Origin: an uncultured Candidatus Rokubacteria bacterium
Lineage (GTDB): Bacteria > Methylomirabilota > Methylomirabilia > Rokubacteriales > CSP1-6
Reading direction: 5' to 3'
Assembly: GCA_963789955.1 (NCBI GenBank)
Contig: CAWBMV010000012.1
Coordinates: forward strand, 416,001-480,000
Length of the DNA stretch: 64,000 nucleotides
The notes under the pieces are model-generated. The model was not told the origin of the DNA. It was given only the letters and a program-made list of their open reading frames with translations, and did not search any database. This document shows, in pieces, positions 1 to 11,758 of this stretch (position 1 is the stretch's first letter; each line of letters opens with the position of its first letter). The position numbers and the translations under genes were made by a program.

Positions 1-1260
1 TCAGGAGCACGCGCGGCCGACCGGGTCGTGGCCACGACGCTCGACAACGGGCTGCGCGTCTTGCTGATCGAGGACTCGCGGAGTCCGATCGTGTCGTTCC
101 AGGTGTGGTACCGAGTCGGCTCGCGCAACGAGCACCGGGGCGCGACCGGCATCGCGCATTTCCTCGAGCACCTGATGTTCAAGGGGACGCCGAGCCACGG
201 CCCCAAGCAGTTCGCGCGCCTCGTCGAGCAGAACGGCGGCCAGGACAACGCGTTCACGTCGCAGGACGTCACCTCGTACTACGTCGACATCGCGGCGGAC
301 AAGCTCGACCTCGTGATCGATCTCGAGGCGGACCGCATGCAGAACCTGCTCCTCGATCCCAAGGAGATCAATTCGGAGCGTCAGGTCGTCATCGAGGAGC
401 GGCGGACCCGCACCGAGGACGACCCGAGTGGCTTCCTCGGCGAAGAGGTGAGCTCCATCGCCTTCAAGGCGCATCCCTACGGCGCGCCGATCATCGGCTG
501 GATGGACGACATCAAGCGGATCACGCCCGACGAGATTCGCGCCTTCTACAAGACGTACTACGTGCCGAACAACGCGATCATCGTGGCGGTCGGGGCATTC
601 CGGGCTGACGACGCGCTCGAGAAGATCAAGCGCCGGTTCGGACGGATCCCGCGCGGGAAGGTCCCGCCGCCGATGCTGGCGGTCGAGCCGCTTCAGAACG
701 GCGAGCGGCGCGTGATCGTCAAGAAGCAGGCCGAGCTACCGATCGTGTACATGGCCTGGCACGTGCCGAACCATCGCTCCGACGACTCGGTGCCCCTCGA
801 AGTGCTCTCGACCATTCTCGCGGGCGGGCGGGCCTCGCGGCTCTATCGCGATCTCGTCTATCAGCGCCAGCTCGCCCTCGAGGCCGGCGGCGACAACTCC
901 TACTTCTCGATCGATCCCAGCCTGTTCTGGTTCTGGGCGACGCCGATGCCGGGCCAGACGCCCGAGAAGCTGGAGGCCGAGCTGAGCGCGCACATGGAGA
1001 GGCTCAAGACGGAACCGGTCACCGACGAGGAGCTGACGCGCGCGAAGAATCAGATCGAAGCCGCCTTCGTCTACCAGGAAGATTCGATTCATCAGCGCGC
1101 CTCGCTGCTGGCTCGGTTCGAGCTGATCGGGGGGTACGCGATGAAGGACTCGTTCCTGGCGAAGGTCCGCGCCGTCACGGCGGCGGACCTGACGCGGGTG
1201 GCGCGCGCGTGGTTCGATCCCGACAAGAAGAGCGTGGGCGTGCTCTTGCCGAAATCGTGA
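1..1260 (+). CDS. M16 (pitrilysin/insulinase) zinc peptidase, catalytic subunit; 5' end outside the window
   Basis: HFLEH (HxxEH) motif, GSRNE..G.TG.AH, NAFTS, ERQVVIEE, YYVPNN; frame is open from base 1. Confidence 0.93.
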   Translation, partial: SGARAADRVVATTLDNGLRVLLIEDSRSPIVSFQVWYRVGSRNEHRGATGIAHFLEHLMFKGTPSHGPKQFARLVEQNGGQDNAFTSQDVTSYYVDIAADKLDLVIDLEADRMQNLLLDPKEINSERQVVIEERRTRTEDDPSGFLGEEVSSIAFKAHPYGAPIIGWMDDIKRITPDEIRAFYKTYYVPNNAIIVAVGAFRADDALEKIKRRFGRIPRGKVPPPMLAVEPLQNGERRVIVKKQAELPIVYMAWHVPNHRSDDSVPLEVLSTILAGGRASRLYRDLVYQRQLALEAGGDNSYFSIDPSLFWFWATPMPGQTPEKLEAELSAHMERLKTEPVTDEELTRAKNQIEAAFVYQEDSIHQRASLLARFELIGGYAMKDSFLAKVRAVTAADLTRVARAWFDPDKKSVGVLLPKS

Positions 1261-2617
1261 TGCGGACATTCCCCGAACGGCCGGCCTCAGTCCGACGCGG
1301 GCGCGGCGCGAGCGCTGGTGCTCGCGTGCCTCGCGGTCCTGGCGTGCTGGCCGGCGCGCGGGCCGGTGGCCGCCGCGCCGCTCGCGCACCGTGAGGTCCT
1401 GCCGAATGGGATCGTCTTGCTCGTCGCGGAGCGGCCGGCCGTCCCGATCGTGGCCGTTCGTATCCTGATGCGCGCGGGAGCGGTCTACGATCCGTCAGAT
1501 AAGGCGGGGCTCGCGAACCTGACCGGGGCGGTATTGACGCGGGGGACCGCGAAGCGCACAGGGCCCGAGCTCGACTCGGCCATCGAATTCGTGGGCGGCA
1601 GCGTCGAGGCAGGGGCGGGTCGTGACACGCTCTCCGTGTCGACGAGCGCGCAGAAGAAGGACATGGCGCTGGGACTCGATCTGGCCTCCGAGGTCGTGCT
1701 GACGCCGACATTCCCCGCAGGCCGAGGTGACTCGCAAGGTCTCCGAGATCCAGGCGGCCATCAAGCGGTCCGAGGAGGATCCGGGCACCGTCGCGTCCCG
1801 CGCACTCGGAAAGCTCGTGTTCCAGGGCCACCCCTACGGCCGTCCGGTGGAGGGGACGCGCGAGTCGGTCGGGAAGCTGACGCGCGACGACGTCGTCAAG
1901 TTCTACCGGGAGTACGCGCGGCCCGACACGACCATCATCGCCGTCGTGGGGGCGGTCACGGTCGACGAGGCGCGTCGCGAGATCACGGCGCGATTCGGAT
2001 CGTGGGCGCGTCCGAGCGAGCAAGTCCCGACGGTGCCGGAGGCGGCGGCCGGTTCGGGCACGCCGCGCGAAGAGACGATCAAGCGCGAGCTGACGCAGAC
2101 GACGATCATGCTCGGTCGTCGGGCGATCACCCAGACCGATCCGGACTATTTCCCGCTGGCCGTCGCCTCGTACGTGCTCGGCGGCGGTTCGGCTTCGCGG
2201 CTGTATACCCGAGTGCGGGAAGAATCCGGTCTCGCGTACTCCGTCTACAGCTGGATCGCGCCCTGGCGCTACGGCGCGTCGTTCGCCGTCTCCGCCCAGA
2301 CCCGGAAGGCCGAAGCGCCGAAGGTGATCGTCATGATCCGGGAGGAGCTCGCGCGGATGGGCCGTGAGCCCGTCGCCGATCGCGAGCTCGCCCTGGCCAA
2401 GCAGTACCTGGTCGGCAGCTTCCCGCTGCGGCTCGATACGTCGGGCAAGGTCGCCGACTTCCTGGTCGCGGTGGAGGATCGTGGTCTCGGGCTCGACTAT
2501 GCCGATCGCTACAAGGAGCGTATCAGCAAGGTCACCGCTGCCGATGTCCAGCGGGTGGCCGCCAAGTACTTCACGCCCTCCGCCTTCGACCTCGTCGTCG
2601 TCGGCGACACGCAGTGA
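1260..2617 (+). CDS. M16 peptidase, non-catalytic partner subunit with signal peptide (frameshifts near 1305 and 1720)
   Basis: LPNG, GLANLT..VLTRGT (no HxxEH), HPYGRP, SRLYTRVREESGLAYSV; split across ORFs 1318-2367 and 1727-2617; ATG overlaps the upstream stop. Confidence 0.85.
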
Positions 2618-3183
2618 TCGCGTTCACGGCATCCGTGCTGGCGTTGCTTCTGGCCGGCCCGTCGGCGGCCGGCGCCGCGTCGTTCACCCTCGAGCCTCAG
2701 CAGCGAACCGACGCGCTCAAGGTGGGTGCCGAGTCGATCACCCGCGATTCGTTCGACACGGAGTGGCGCGTGACGAACCAGTCGGGTGAGACCCTCATGG
2801 TCATCACGCCCTTCCATCGGCTCGTGCTCGCGGCTCGCAACGCGGCGTTCAAGAATGAGCGCATGAAGGACAGCGAGCCCGAGAAGCTCCTGCGCGAGCA
2901 GCAGGATCGCCTGGTGATCTGGGCCAATCTCCATGGGCGGCGCGAAGACTTCGCGCGGTTCTACGCCCCGCGGATTCTCCTGAACGATCGAGAGATCGAG
3001 CCGACCTTCGTCCAGAACGAGCGCACCGCGCTCCGAACGGAGGGCGGCGGTTATCTGGCGCGCTGCGTCTACGGGTTCCCCGTCAAGGAGCTCTCGCCGA
3101 AGGGGCGCCTGGTGCTGGTCGTCCGCGACCCCGACGGTAAAGACGTCACCCGCTTCACGATCGATCTCGCGTCCATGCGTTGA
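2614..3183 (+). CDS. Secreted hypothetical protein
   Basis: GTGA overlap with the upstream gene, hydrophobic N-terminal signal peptide, coding-like codon use. Confidence 0.75.
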   Translation: MIAFTASVLALLLAGPSAAGAASFTLEPQQRTDALKVGAESITRDSFDTEWRVTNQSGETLMVITPFHRLVLAARNAAFKNERMKDSEPEKLLREQQDRLVIWANLHGRREDFARFYAPRILLNDREIEPTFVQNERTALRTEGGGYLARCVYGFPVKELSPKGRLVLVVRDPDGKDVTRFTIDLASMR

Positions 3184-3257
3184 GGGCCGCGCCGCCACGG
3201 CCCTTCCCGCGCGCTCTCACGCCGTTGCAGTTCGCCGCGTAGGTACGCTGCAGAGAT

Positions 3258-4110
3258 ATGCGGACGTATGGATGGGCCGGGCTCGGCGTCATCGGGGTTG
3301 CCGAAGCGCTGCTCTTCGCTGGCGAGCCGACGGTGGCCGGCTGGTTCACGCCGATCGTGTGGACCGGCTATGTCCTGTTCATCGATGCCCTGACGGCGCG
3401 GTTCACCGGACGCTCGTACCTCACGACCGACCGGGTCGAGGGGATTCTGGTCGCGCTCGCCTCGATCGTCTGCTGGTGGCTCTTCGAGCTCTACAACGCG
3501 CCGCGCTTCTGGCGGGGCGGAGCCGAGGTCGCAGGGGCTCTGGTGGCGCTATCACGGCCTCGAGCCGAATCTCTTCCTGCGGCGGGTGGGCTACGACTGG
3601 TCCTTCGCGACGATCTTCCCCGCGATGTTCCTCACGGCGGCCGTTCTGCGAGCCACGGTCTTCCGCCGCGCTCGGCTTCGCGCCTGGCGTCCCTCGTCGC
3701 GAGGCCTCAGCGTCGCGATCGCCGTGGGGGCAGTCAGCGTCGTCTTGCCGCTCGTCGTCGTCTCGACCTGGCTCGTGCCCCTCGTCTGGGCCGGCTGGGT
3801 GCTCCTCCTCGAGCCGCTGAACTACCGGCACGGCCGTCCGTCGTGGCTGGCCGACCTCGCCCGGGGCGACGCGTCACGGCTCCTCGGACTCCTGGCGAGC
3901 GGCGCGATCTGCGGCGTGCTGTGGGAGTTCTGGAACTACTGGGCCGCCACCAGGTGGACCTACGCGGTGCCCTACCTCGGCGGCATCAAGGTTTTCGAAA
4001 TGCCCGTGCTCGGTTATCTCGGTTTTCCTCCGTTCGCCCTCGAGGCCTTCGCGATGTACCACTGGCTCCGCGGGCTCCTCGACCGGAGGCTGCCGGACCC
4101 GGTGCTATAA
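3258..4110 (+). CDS. Trp-rich multi-pass membrane protein (frameshift near 3540)
   Basis: Hydrophobic N-part in ORF 3258 and C-part in ORF 3586-4110; motifs WWLFELYN and [23 protein letters not shown]. Confidence 0.75.
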
Positions 4111-4153
4111 TTCCGGCCGCATCGATCCGTCATCCCGCTGGAAGGGAGTTTTC

Positions 4154-5122
4154 ATGAAAGCGATTCGAGTCAACGCCCCCGGCGGTCCCGAGGTCCTGCA
4201 CTACGAAGACGTGGCGGATCCCACGCCGAAGGCCGGCGAGGCCACGGTGAAAGTGGACGCCGCCGGCCTCAACTACATCGACGTGTACCAGCGCTCCGGC
4301 CAGTACAAGCTCAACCTGCCGCTGACACTCGGCCTCGAAGCCGGAGGTACGGTGACGGCGGTCGGTCCGAACGTGACCGAGGTGAAGGTCGGTGACAAGG
4401 TCGCCTACACCGGTGTCGCCGGGGCGTATGCGCAGTACGCGGCGGTCCCGGCCGCACGTCTGGTGACCCTGCCGGCCGGACTCAGCACGCGGCAGGGAGC
4501 CGCGGCGATGCTGCAAGGCCTGACCGCGCACTATCTCGCCTGCTCGACCTACCCGCTGAAGAGCGGCGACACCTGCCTCGTCCATGCCGCGGCCGGTGGC
4601 GTCGGGCTGCTGCTATGCCAGATCGCGAAGATGCGGGGGGCGCGGGTCATCGGCACCGTGTCCACCGAGGAAAAAGCCAAGCTTGCCCGCGAAGCTGGGG
4701 CGTCGGACGTGATTCTCTACACGAAGCAGGATTTCGAGGCCGAAGTGAAGCGGCTGACGGACGGTAAGGGGCTCCAGGTCGTCTACGACTCCGTCGGTCA
4801 GACGACGTTCGACAAGGGGTTCAACTGCCTGGCTCCCCGCGGCATGATGGCGCTCTACGGGCAGTCCAGCGGACCAATCGGTCCCTTCGATCTCGGCGTG
4901 CTGAACGCCAAGGGCTCGCTGTTCGTGACGCGGCCGAGCCTGAACCACCACATCATCACGCGCGCCGAGCTGCTCGAGCGCTCGAACGAGCTCCTGGGCT
5001 GGATCCGCGACGGCAAGCTCAAGCTCCGGACCGAGTTCGAGTTCCCGCTGAAAGACGCGGCCGACGCGCACCGGGCTCTCGAGGGGCGGAAGACGACGGG
5101 CAAGGTGCTCCTGATTCCGTGA
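4154..5122 (+). CDS. qor: NADPH:quinone oxidoreductase (zeta-crystallin-like MDR)
   Basis: [56 protein letters not shown] at 4106-4111. Confidence 0.93.
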   Translation: MKAIRVNAPGGPEVLHYEDVADPTPKAGEATVKVDAAGLNYIDVYQRSGQYKLNLPLTLGLEAGGTVTAVGPNVTEVKVGDKVAYTGVAGAYAQYAAVPAARLVTLPAGLSTRQGAAAMLQGLTAHYLACSTYPLKSGDTCLVHAAAGGVGLLLCQIAKMRGARVIGTVSTEEKAKLAREAGASDVILYTKQDFEAEVKRLTDGKGLQVVYDSVGQTTFDKGFNCLAPRGMMALYGQSSGPIGPFDLGVLNAKGSLFVTRPSLNHHIITRAELLERSNELLGWIRDGKLKLRTEFEFPLKDAADAHRALEGRKTTGKVLLIP

Positions 5123-5163
5123 TTGGCGACCGCGCCGCGCTAAAATAGCCCAGGAGGCTACAC

Positions 5164-6108
5164 ATGCGACCAAGAGCACTCCTGCTCATATTCGGGATAT
5201 CGCTCGTTTCGCTTCTGCTGCTCGATCACGCGGCCGGCTGGGCGCGCGCCACGAGCGGAGGAAGCCGCGGTTCACGTTCGTCTTCGTCACCGGTGGCGCC
5301 GTCGACCCCGTCGAGCCCGTCACGCACGATGGCTCCTGCGCCCGCCCCGTCCCAGCCGATGCAGCCGGCGCCGCAGCGGCCGGGTATGTTCGGCGGCTTC
5401 ATGGGAGGGCTCGCCGGGTTCGCCGTGGGCGGGCTCATCGGCTCCATGCTGTTCGGCGGTATGGGTGGTGGGGGGTTCGGCGGTGGCGTCGGACTTCTCG
5501 AGCTGCTGCTGATCGGCGGCGCGATCTTTTTCGTCTTCCGCATGCTTCGCAGCCGCAGCGAAACACCGGCGTATGCCGGCGCCGGCGCGTACGGCTCCGA
5601 GCTCACAGGGCTGGTCGACCGGCGGGGGCGGTACCGTGATGGAAACGCCTGCCGGGCGAGTCGGATCTCGATCGCGGTATCGGGCCATATTCGCTCGATG
5701 GACGCGAGCTTCGACCCGGCGGCCTTCGCCGAGTGGGCGAAGGGCACGTTCGTCGACGTCCAGGCCGGGATCGCCAAGCGTGACCTGAGTGGCGTGCGCG
5801 ATCGGCTCACGCCGCAAGAGTTCGCGCGGCTTCTGTCCCAATGCGACGAGCTTCGCGCCGCCGGCCGCACGAATCGGATCGAGCGCATCCAGATCGGACG
5901 CGCCGACGTGAGCGAGGCCTGGCAGGAGAGCGGCCAGGACTGGGTCACGTTGTCCTTCGCCGTGTCGCTCGTCGACTACACGGTCGACGATGCGACCGGT
6001 GCAGTCGTGGAGGGGGCGACCACGCCGGTGGATATCCAGGAGTACTGGACCTTCACGCGCACGGTCGGCCCGAAGCCCTGGCGGCTGTCGGCCATTCAGA
6101 CCGCGTAG
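5164..6108 (+). CDS. Tim44-domain membrane protein (probable compensating indels near 5605-5680)
   Basis: GG.RGSR leader, Gly-rich TM segment, C-terminal Tim44 features D..FDP.AF and EYWTFTR..W.LSAIQ; SD AGGAGG. Confidence 0.85.
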   Translation: MRPRALLLIFGISLVSLLLLDHAAGWARATSGGSRGSRSSSSPVAPSTPSSPSRTMAPAPAPSQPMQPAPQRPGMFGGFMGGLAGFAVGGLIGSMLFGGMGGGGFGGGVGLLELLLIGGAIFFVFRMLRSRSETPAYAGAGAYGSELTGLVDRRGRYRDGNACRASRISIAVSGHIRSMDASFDPAAFAEWAKGTFVDVQAGIAKRDLSGVRDRLTPQEFARLLSQCDELRAAGRTNRIERIQIGRADVSEAWQESGQDWVTLSFAVSLVDYTVDDATGAVVEGATTPVDIQEYWTFTRTVGPKPWRLSAIQTA

Positions 6109-6127
6109 CCGCAGCAGGGGGTGCGCG

Positions 6128-7761
6128 TTGAAGCGCGCCCTGAAGTGGCTCGGTATCCTCGTCGCGGCGATCGTCGTACTGACGATCGTCGCGGCGCTTG
6201 CGCTCCCGCGTCTCATCGACACGCCGCGCGTCCAGGCGATGATCGCCAACGGCGCGGCGCAGGCTGTCGGGCGGCCCGTGAAGTTCGAGTCGCTCTCCGT
6301 CTCGATATTTCCGCTGCCGTCGATCGAGCTCCACAAGCTCGAGGTCGCCGAGGATCCGCAGTTCGGCACGGCGCCGTTCCTGACGCTCGAGACGGGCCGG
6401 GTCTATCTCAAGCTGCGTCCGCTGCTGACCGGCCGCGTCGAGTTCGGCGACGTCACCCTCGAACGGCCGCGCATCGCGCTCATCCAGAACGCCGAGGGGC
6501 GTCTGAACGTCGCCAGCCTCGCGCCCCCCAGCGAGTCCAAGACTGCGGCGAAGCCCGGACGCCCGAGCGGCGGCGCCAGCCGGCGGCGCGGCCGCGGCGG
6601 TCGTCTCGCGCCTGAAGATCAACAAGGGCATCATCACGTACGTCGCGCACGGGAAGGGACCGGCCGAGACGCCGTATCGCGTCGAGGATCTCGACGTCGG
6701 CGTGGTCGGCCAGGGCACGCAGCTCGCCTTCAAAGGGCGCGCTGGTGGTGAAGCCGGGCGACCTCACCGTCAAGCTCGCCGACGGAATCGTCGCGATGAA
6801 CGGCGCCAAGACGCTCGTCGAGGCGCCGGTCCGCGCCAAGATCGGCATCGAGGCCAAGGACATCGAGAAGCTCGTGGCCGCCGCGGCGGGGCCGCGCCCG
6901 ATGATCGCCGGTCCGATCAAGGGCGACTTCTCGCTCGGCGGAACGCTCGGCGTGCCACGGATCTCCGGCAACGTCGAGCTCGCGAGCCTCAAGGTGACGC
7001 AGGCGAATCAGGCCTGTCCGGAGCCGAAGCAGCGCACGCTCGCACTGGGTCCCCTGAAGATGAGCGGGGCCTCCTGGGACGGCGGACGATTTCAGAGCCG
7101 GCCCGTCACGACGTCGATCGGCAACGGCGCGATCAGTACGAATCTGACGTTGACGCTCGAGCACGGCGCCCGCGTGCAGCTGAGCGACCTGGCCATCAAG
7201 TCGGTGCCCTCCGAGAAGGTGCTGGTCGACTTCCTCTGCGAGGGCTACGCCGTCTCCGGACCGCTCGACCTCACCGGCGCGCTCTCGACGAACACGTCCA
7301 ATCTCTTGAGCACGCTCGACGGCAGCGGCCATCTCCGGATCGGCCCGGGCAAGGTGGTGGGCCCGCAGGCGCTGGCACTCGTCGGCGTGGTCATGCAGGT
7401 GGCCGGCGCGGCGTCGTCGGTGCTCGCCGCCGATGTCCCCAAGGGGCTGAGGTCGAACCCCGTCGATTTCGAGTCGATCACCGGGAACTACCAGATCACG
7501 AACGGCGTGCTGAGCACGAAGGACCTCCTCTATACGACCAAGACCCTCAAGGTCGGGGTCGCGGGAGACTACGGCCTTCCGACCGGCCGCATGAACCTCG
7601 ATCTGCGAATCGATCACGGACGCGGCGAGATCCGGGCGAAGGTGACCGGGAACGCCGCTTCGCCGTCGGTGCGCATCGATCCGGCGTCCGTCGTCGACGA
7701 GGCCGGGCGACAGAAGATCGAGGGCGGGCTTCAGGATCTCCTGAAACGCTTCGGCCGCTGA
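6128..7761 (+). CDS. AsmA family protein (frameshifts near 6580 and 6740)
   Basis: N-terminal TM, GR.V, S.FP.P.I.L, L.PLL.GRV; C-terminal AsmA-like F.SITG...ITNG; TTG start. Confidence 0.8.
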
Positions 7762-7765
7762 GCGC

Positions 7766-8596
7766 TCAGCGAGTCGCCGTGAAGCGCCCGCCGCCGAGCT
7801 TGCCGGCTTCGATGAGCTCCACGAAGAACGTGTGGAGCTGGTCGTACTCCAGGTACTGCTGACTGCCCAAGCGCGCTTCCCGCTGCGGGCGCAGCGCCCG
7901 GTGTAGCTCGATCCGCCCCCTGACGATCCTGCGCCACTCCGAGGACAGATCCTCCGCCTCGACATTCGTGAAGCCCGAGCGTCCCAGCAGCCCGCGATAG
8001 CTGTCGAGGGTCTGCAAGGTCGTGGCCGCCATCCACTCCCAGAGCCGCTGCCGTTCGCGATCGGCCAGGCTGGGAAAGGCGATCCAGTCGGTGAACGCCA
8101 GCCGACCGTCGCGGACGAGCACGCGGTGGCACTCGGCGAGCACGGCCGGCTTGGCGGCGATGTGCAGGAGCGCTTCCTGACTCACGCAGGCGTCGAACGC
8201 GCCCTGGGCGAAGGGCAATGTCGTCGCGTCAGCCCGGACGACTGTGACGCGCGTCTGCTTGACCATCCGGTTGAGGCGAGCCGCTCCGGCGGCACGGCCC
8301 GCGTGCAGCTCGAGCGCGACGACGGCGGAGCCTCGTCGGCTGGCCAGGAACCGGGCGGGGCCGCCGAGACCCGCGCAGAGGTCGAGGACGCGGCTCGACG
8401 GGCCGACTCCGGCCCGGCGCGCGAGCGTGTCGACGGCGGCCAGCCCGCCGTAGTGGTCCTGGTCGAACTCGAAGAGATCGTCGGCGGTCACCGGGCCGGT
8501 GAGTCCTTGGCCGGCGACCGCCGCGAGCACGCGGGCTTCGCTGATCGGATGCTCGTCGTAGTACTCCCGCACGCGCCCCGGGGTGCCTTGAAGCAT
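7766..8596 (-). CDS. Class I SAM-dependent methyltransferase
   Basis: VLDLCAGLGG motif I, DATTLPF, FD.C.SQEALLH; N-terminal DQDHYGG. Confidence 0.88.
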   Translation of the reverse strand: MLQGTPGRVREYYDEHPISEARVLAAVAGQGLTGPVTADDLFEFDQDHYGGLAAVDTLARRAGVGPSSRVLDLCAGLGGPARFLASRRGSAVVALELHAGRAAGAARLNRMVKQTRVTVVRADATTLPFAQGAFDACVSQEALLHIAAKPAVLAECHRVLVRDGRLAFTDWIAFPSLADRERQRLWEWMAATTLQTLDSYRGLLGRSGFTNVEAEDLSSEWRRIVRGRIELHRALRPQREARLGSQQYLEYDQLHTFFVELIEAGKLGGGRFTATR

Positions 8597-8655
8597 GGCC
8601 GGGGGTATGGTAAAAGCAAACCGGTTTCATCACACCTTTCGGCGAGGGAAGACCA

Positions 8656-9786
8656 ATGGGTACCGGGGGTCGCGGCGGACTCGAAGACATCGTCGTATCG
8701 ACGTCGGACATCTGTTTCATCGACGGGAAGGAAGGCCGTCTCGTCTATCGAGGCTACGACGTCAATGACCTCGTCGAGCATTCCTCCTTCGAGGAAGTGA
8801 TCTTCCTCCTGTGGCACGGCGGGCTCCCGAGCAAGAAGGAGCTGGTCGCCCACGTCAAGGCGCTCAACTCGACCGCGAACCGAAAGCTGCCGCCGGGGAT
8901 CGTGTCGCTCCTGAAGGCGCTGCCGAAGAAGACCACGCCGATGGAGGTCCTGCGTACCGGAGTGTCGGCGCTCTCGGCGTACGACCCGGACGCTGCCGAC
9001 AACTCCAAGGACGCCACGGCCCGTAAGGCTCTGCGGCTGACGGCCCAGATGCCGACCCTGGTGGCCGCATGGGAGCGAATCCGCAAAGGCAAGGCGCCCG
9101 TGGCGCCGAACCCGAAGCTGAGTCTGGCCGCGAACTTCCTCTACATGCTGACCGGCAAGAAGGCGACCCCGCTCGCCGTGAAGACGTTCGACGTCGCCCT
9201 GATCCTCCATGCCGATCACGAGTTCAACGCCTCGACCTTCGCCGCGCGCGTGACCGCCGCGACGATGTCGGACCTGCACTCGTCGATCGTCTCGGCGATC
9301 GGCGCCCTGAAGGGGCCGCTCCACGGCGGCGCCAACGAGCAGGTGATGCTGATGGTCCAGAAGATCAAGACGCCGGCAAACGCCGACGCCTGGATCCGCA
9401 AGACCCTCGCCGACCACGGGCGCGTCATGGGCTTCGGCCACCGCGTCTACCGGGTCGAGGACCCGCGGGCCAAGCATCTGCACCGTCTGGCGCAGGAGCT
9501 GGGCAAGCAAGCCGGCGACACGAGCGCGGTGCAGATCCTGGACACGGTCGTGCGTGTCGTGGGCGAGCAGAAGAAGATCTTCCCGAATGTCGATCTGTAC
9601 TCGGGCGCGGCCTACTCCTCGATGGGCATCGCCACCGACCAGTTCACGCCGATTTTCGCGATGAGCCGGATCGTCGGCTGGGCGGCGCACGTCATGGAGC
9701 AGCACGCCAACAACCGCTTGATCCGGCCGCGCGCGGAGTACACGGGCCCCACGCACGCCACGTACGTCCCGATCGACAAGCGTTAG
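8656..9786 (+). CDS. gltA: Citrate synthase (short dimeric type; 2-methylcitrate synthase not excluded)
   Basis: GLEDI, L.YRGY, HADHEFNASTF, GPLHGGANE, GFGHRVY, DPRA, PNVD, LIRPR. Confidence 0.92.
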   Translation: MGTGGRGGLEDIVVSTSDICFIDGKEGRLVYRGYDVNDLVEHSSFEEVIFLLWHGGLPSKKELVAHVKALNSTANRKLPPGIVSLLKALPKKTTPMEVLRTGVSALSAYDPDAADNSKDATARKALRLTAQMPTLVAAWERIRKGKAPVAPNPKLSLAANFLYMLTGKKATPLAVKTFDVALILHADHEFNASTFAARVTAATMSDLHSSIVSAIGALKGPLHGGANEQVMLMVQKIKTPANADAWIRKTLADHGRVMGFGHRVYRVEDPRAKHLHRLAQELGKQAGDTSAVQILDTVVRVVGEQKKIFPNVDLYSGAAYSSMGIATDQFTPIFAMSRIVGWAAHVMEQHANNRLIRPRAEYTGPTHATYVPIDKR

Positions 9787-9795
9787 CCCTGGGCT

Positions 9796-10598
9796 GTGCG
9801 CGCAGCACCGCGCGTCAGCCTCGTGATGGCCGTGTTCAACGGGCTCGCGCACACGCGGGCCTGCCTCGAGAGCTTGCGCGCGACCACCGAGCCGTTTCAC
9901 CTGGTCGTCGCGGACAACGGCTCGACTGACGGCACGCGGGACCTCCTCGAGCGCTTCCCGTATCCGTATCCGCTGACCGTCACGCGGAGCGAGTCCAACG
10001 GCAACGTGATCGCGGCACTCAACCGCGCCTGGCGTCTGACCGACACCGAGTTCGTCTGCCTGATCCACAACGACACCGAGATGGTCGACCCGGCATGGCT
10101 CTCGCGCTGCTCGCCGCGCTCGCCGAGCCCGGCGCCGGCCTCGCGGGCCTCTACGGTGCCAAGCGGCTGCGAGCCAGTGGTCGTCTCGTGGGGCGCACCG
10201 TCGTGCACAGCCTGCTCCCGAGCCCGACGGTCAGAGCGCCGTGGGAAGACGTGGCCTTCGTCGACGCGGTGTGTCTGTGCATCTCGCGCCGGCTGCTCGA
10301 CTCGATCGGCGGCCTCGACGAGGGCTACGGGTTCTATCACGGCATCGACCGCGATCTGTCGCTGGCGGTCGCCGATCGCGGCCGGCGATGCCTGATCGTT
10401 CACGCCCCGTTCTGGCACCACGGCGGCAAGACGCGCACGCGCGGATTCGACGAGGATCCCGAGCTCGAGCGGGGCGACCGCGTCCGCCGCGACTCCGCCC
10501 TGGCGCGCTTCACCGAGAAATTCCGCCATCGGCTGCCCTGTGACGTCCGCGGGCGGCGCGAGCGGGTGCGCGACTGGCTGAGGACGCGGCTGGCGTGA
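9796..10598 (+). CDS. Glycosyltransferase family 2 (frameshift near 10105)
   Basis: VSLVMAVFN, DNGSTDGT, HND, GGLDEGY..D.D.S; split across ORFs 9796 and 10095. Confidence 0.82.
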
Positions 10599-11758
10599 GC
10601 GCCTTGCGGATCGGCATCGTCGGCGCGCGGTTCGCCGCCGAGCTGCACGCGACGAACTACCGGCCGCTTCTCGGCCCGCGCGTCGAGCTGGCGGCCGTCT
10701 GCTCCCGGACGCGCGGCCAGGCCGAAGACTTCGCGCGGCGTCATGCGATCCCGCGTGTCTTCACCGACTATCGGGCGCTCGTCGAATCGCCCGACGTGGA
10801 CGTGGTGGATATCTGCGCGACGACGGACAGCCACCACGAGATCGCGGTCGCCGCGGCACGGGCCGGCAAGCACGTCATCGTGGAGAAGCCGCTCACCGGC
10901 GCCTTCTGCGAGGCCACCGAGCCACGGGAAGCCATGCTGGCCACCGCGCTCACGAACGCCGACCTGGTGCTCGAGGCGGTCGCGAAGGCCGGCGTGATTC
11001 TCTGCTATGCGGAGGACTTCGTGTACGCCCCGCCGGTGGCCAAGATGAAGCGCCTGCTCGAGGCGAGCGGCGGCGCGATCCTGGAGCTGCGGGCCGAGGA
11101 GAGCCATTCCGGCTCGCACGCCGCGTACGCGAGCCGCTGGAAGAGCGCCGGCGGCGGCGCTCTTTTGCGAATGGGCTCACACCCGATCGGCGCCGTGATC
11201 CACCTCAAGCACTGGGAGGGCCTGCGAGGTCGCGGCCGCCCCATCAGGACGCGGGCGGTCTTCGCCGAGGTGGCCAACCTCACACGGCTCCCGTCCGTCG
11301 CGGGGCTCAAGCGCTACATGTCGACCCGGGCCGTCGACGTCGAGGACTGGTCGGTCGCCGTGCTCACGTTCGAGGACGGCACGATGGCGACGATTCATTC
11401 GAACGACATCACGCTGGGCGGCGTGCGCAACGTGGTGACCGCGTACGTGACGAACGCGGTGATCCAGGCGAACATCAACCCGAACAACACGCTGACCGTC
11501 TACGCCCCCGATGCCGCCGTCTGGGGCGACGAGTACCTCACCGAGAAGGTCGAGACCAAGGCGGGCTGGCAGTTTCCGAGCCCGGAAGAGGACTGGATGC
11601 GCGGATACCCTCAGGAACTGGAAGACTTCGTCGGCGCGATCAGCGAGCGGCGCGAGCCGCTGTCGGGCGGGCTCCTGGCCCGCGAGGTGGTCGAGGTGAT
11701 CTACGCGGGGTACGTCTCGGCGGCGACCGGCCGCCGCGTGGAGCTGCCGCGACCATGA
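10595..11758 (+). CDS. Gfo/Idh/MocA family oxidoreductase
   Basis: IGIVGA, AGKHVIVEKP, GGGALL.MG.H, DVED. Confidence 0.9.
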   Translation: MSALRIGIVGARFAAELHATNYRPLLGPRVELAAVCSRTRGQAEDFARRHAIPRVFTDYRALVESPDVDVVDICATTDSHHEIAVAAARAGKHVIVEKPLTGAFCEATEPREAMLATALTNADLVLEAVAKAGVILCYAEDFVYAPPVAKMKRLLEASGGAILELRAEESHSGSHAAYASRWKSAGGGALLRMGSHPIGAVIHLKHWEGLRGRGRPIRTRAVFAEVANLTRLPSVAGLKRYMSTRAVDVEDWSVAVLTFEDGTMATIHSNDITLGGVRNVVTAYVTNAVIQANINPNNTLTVYAPDAAVWGDEYLTEKVETKAGWQFPSPEEDWMRGYPQELEDFVGAISERREPLSGGLLAREVVEVIYAGYVSAATGRRVELPRP

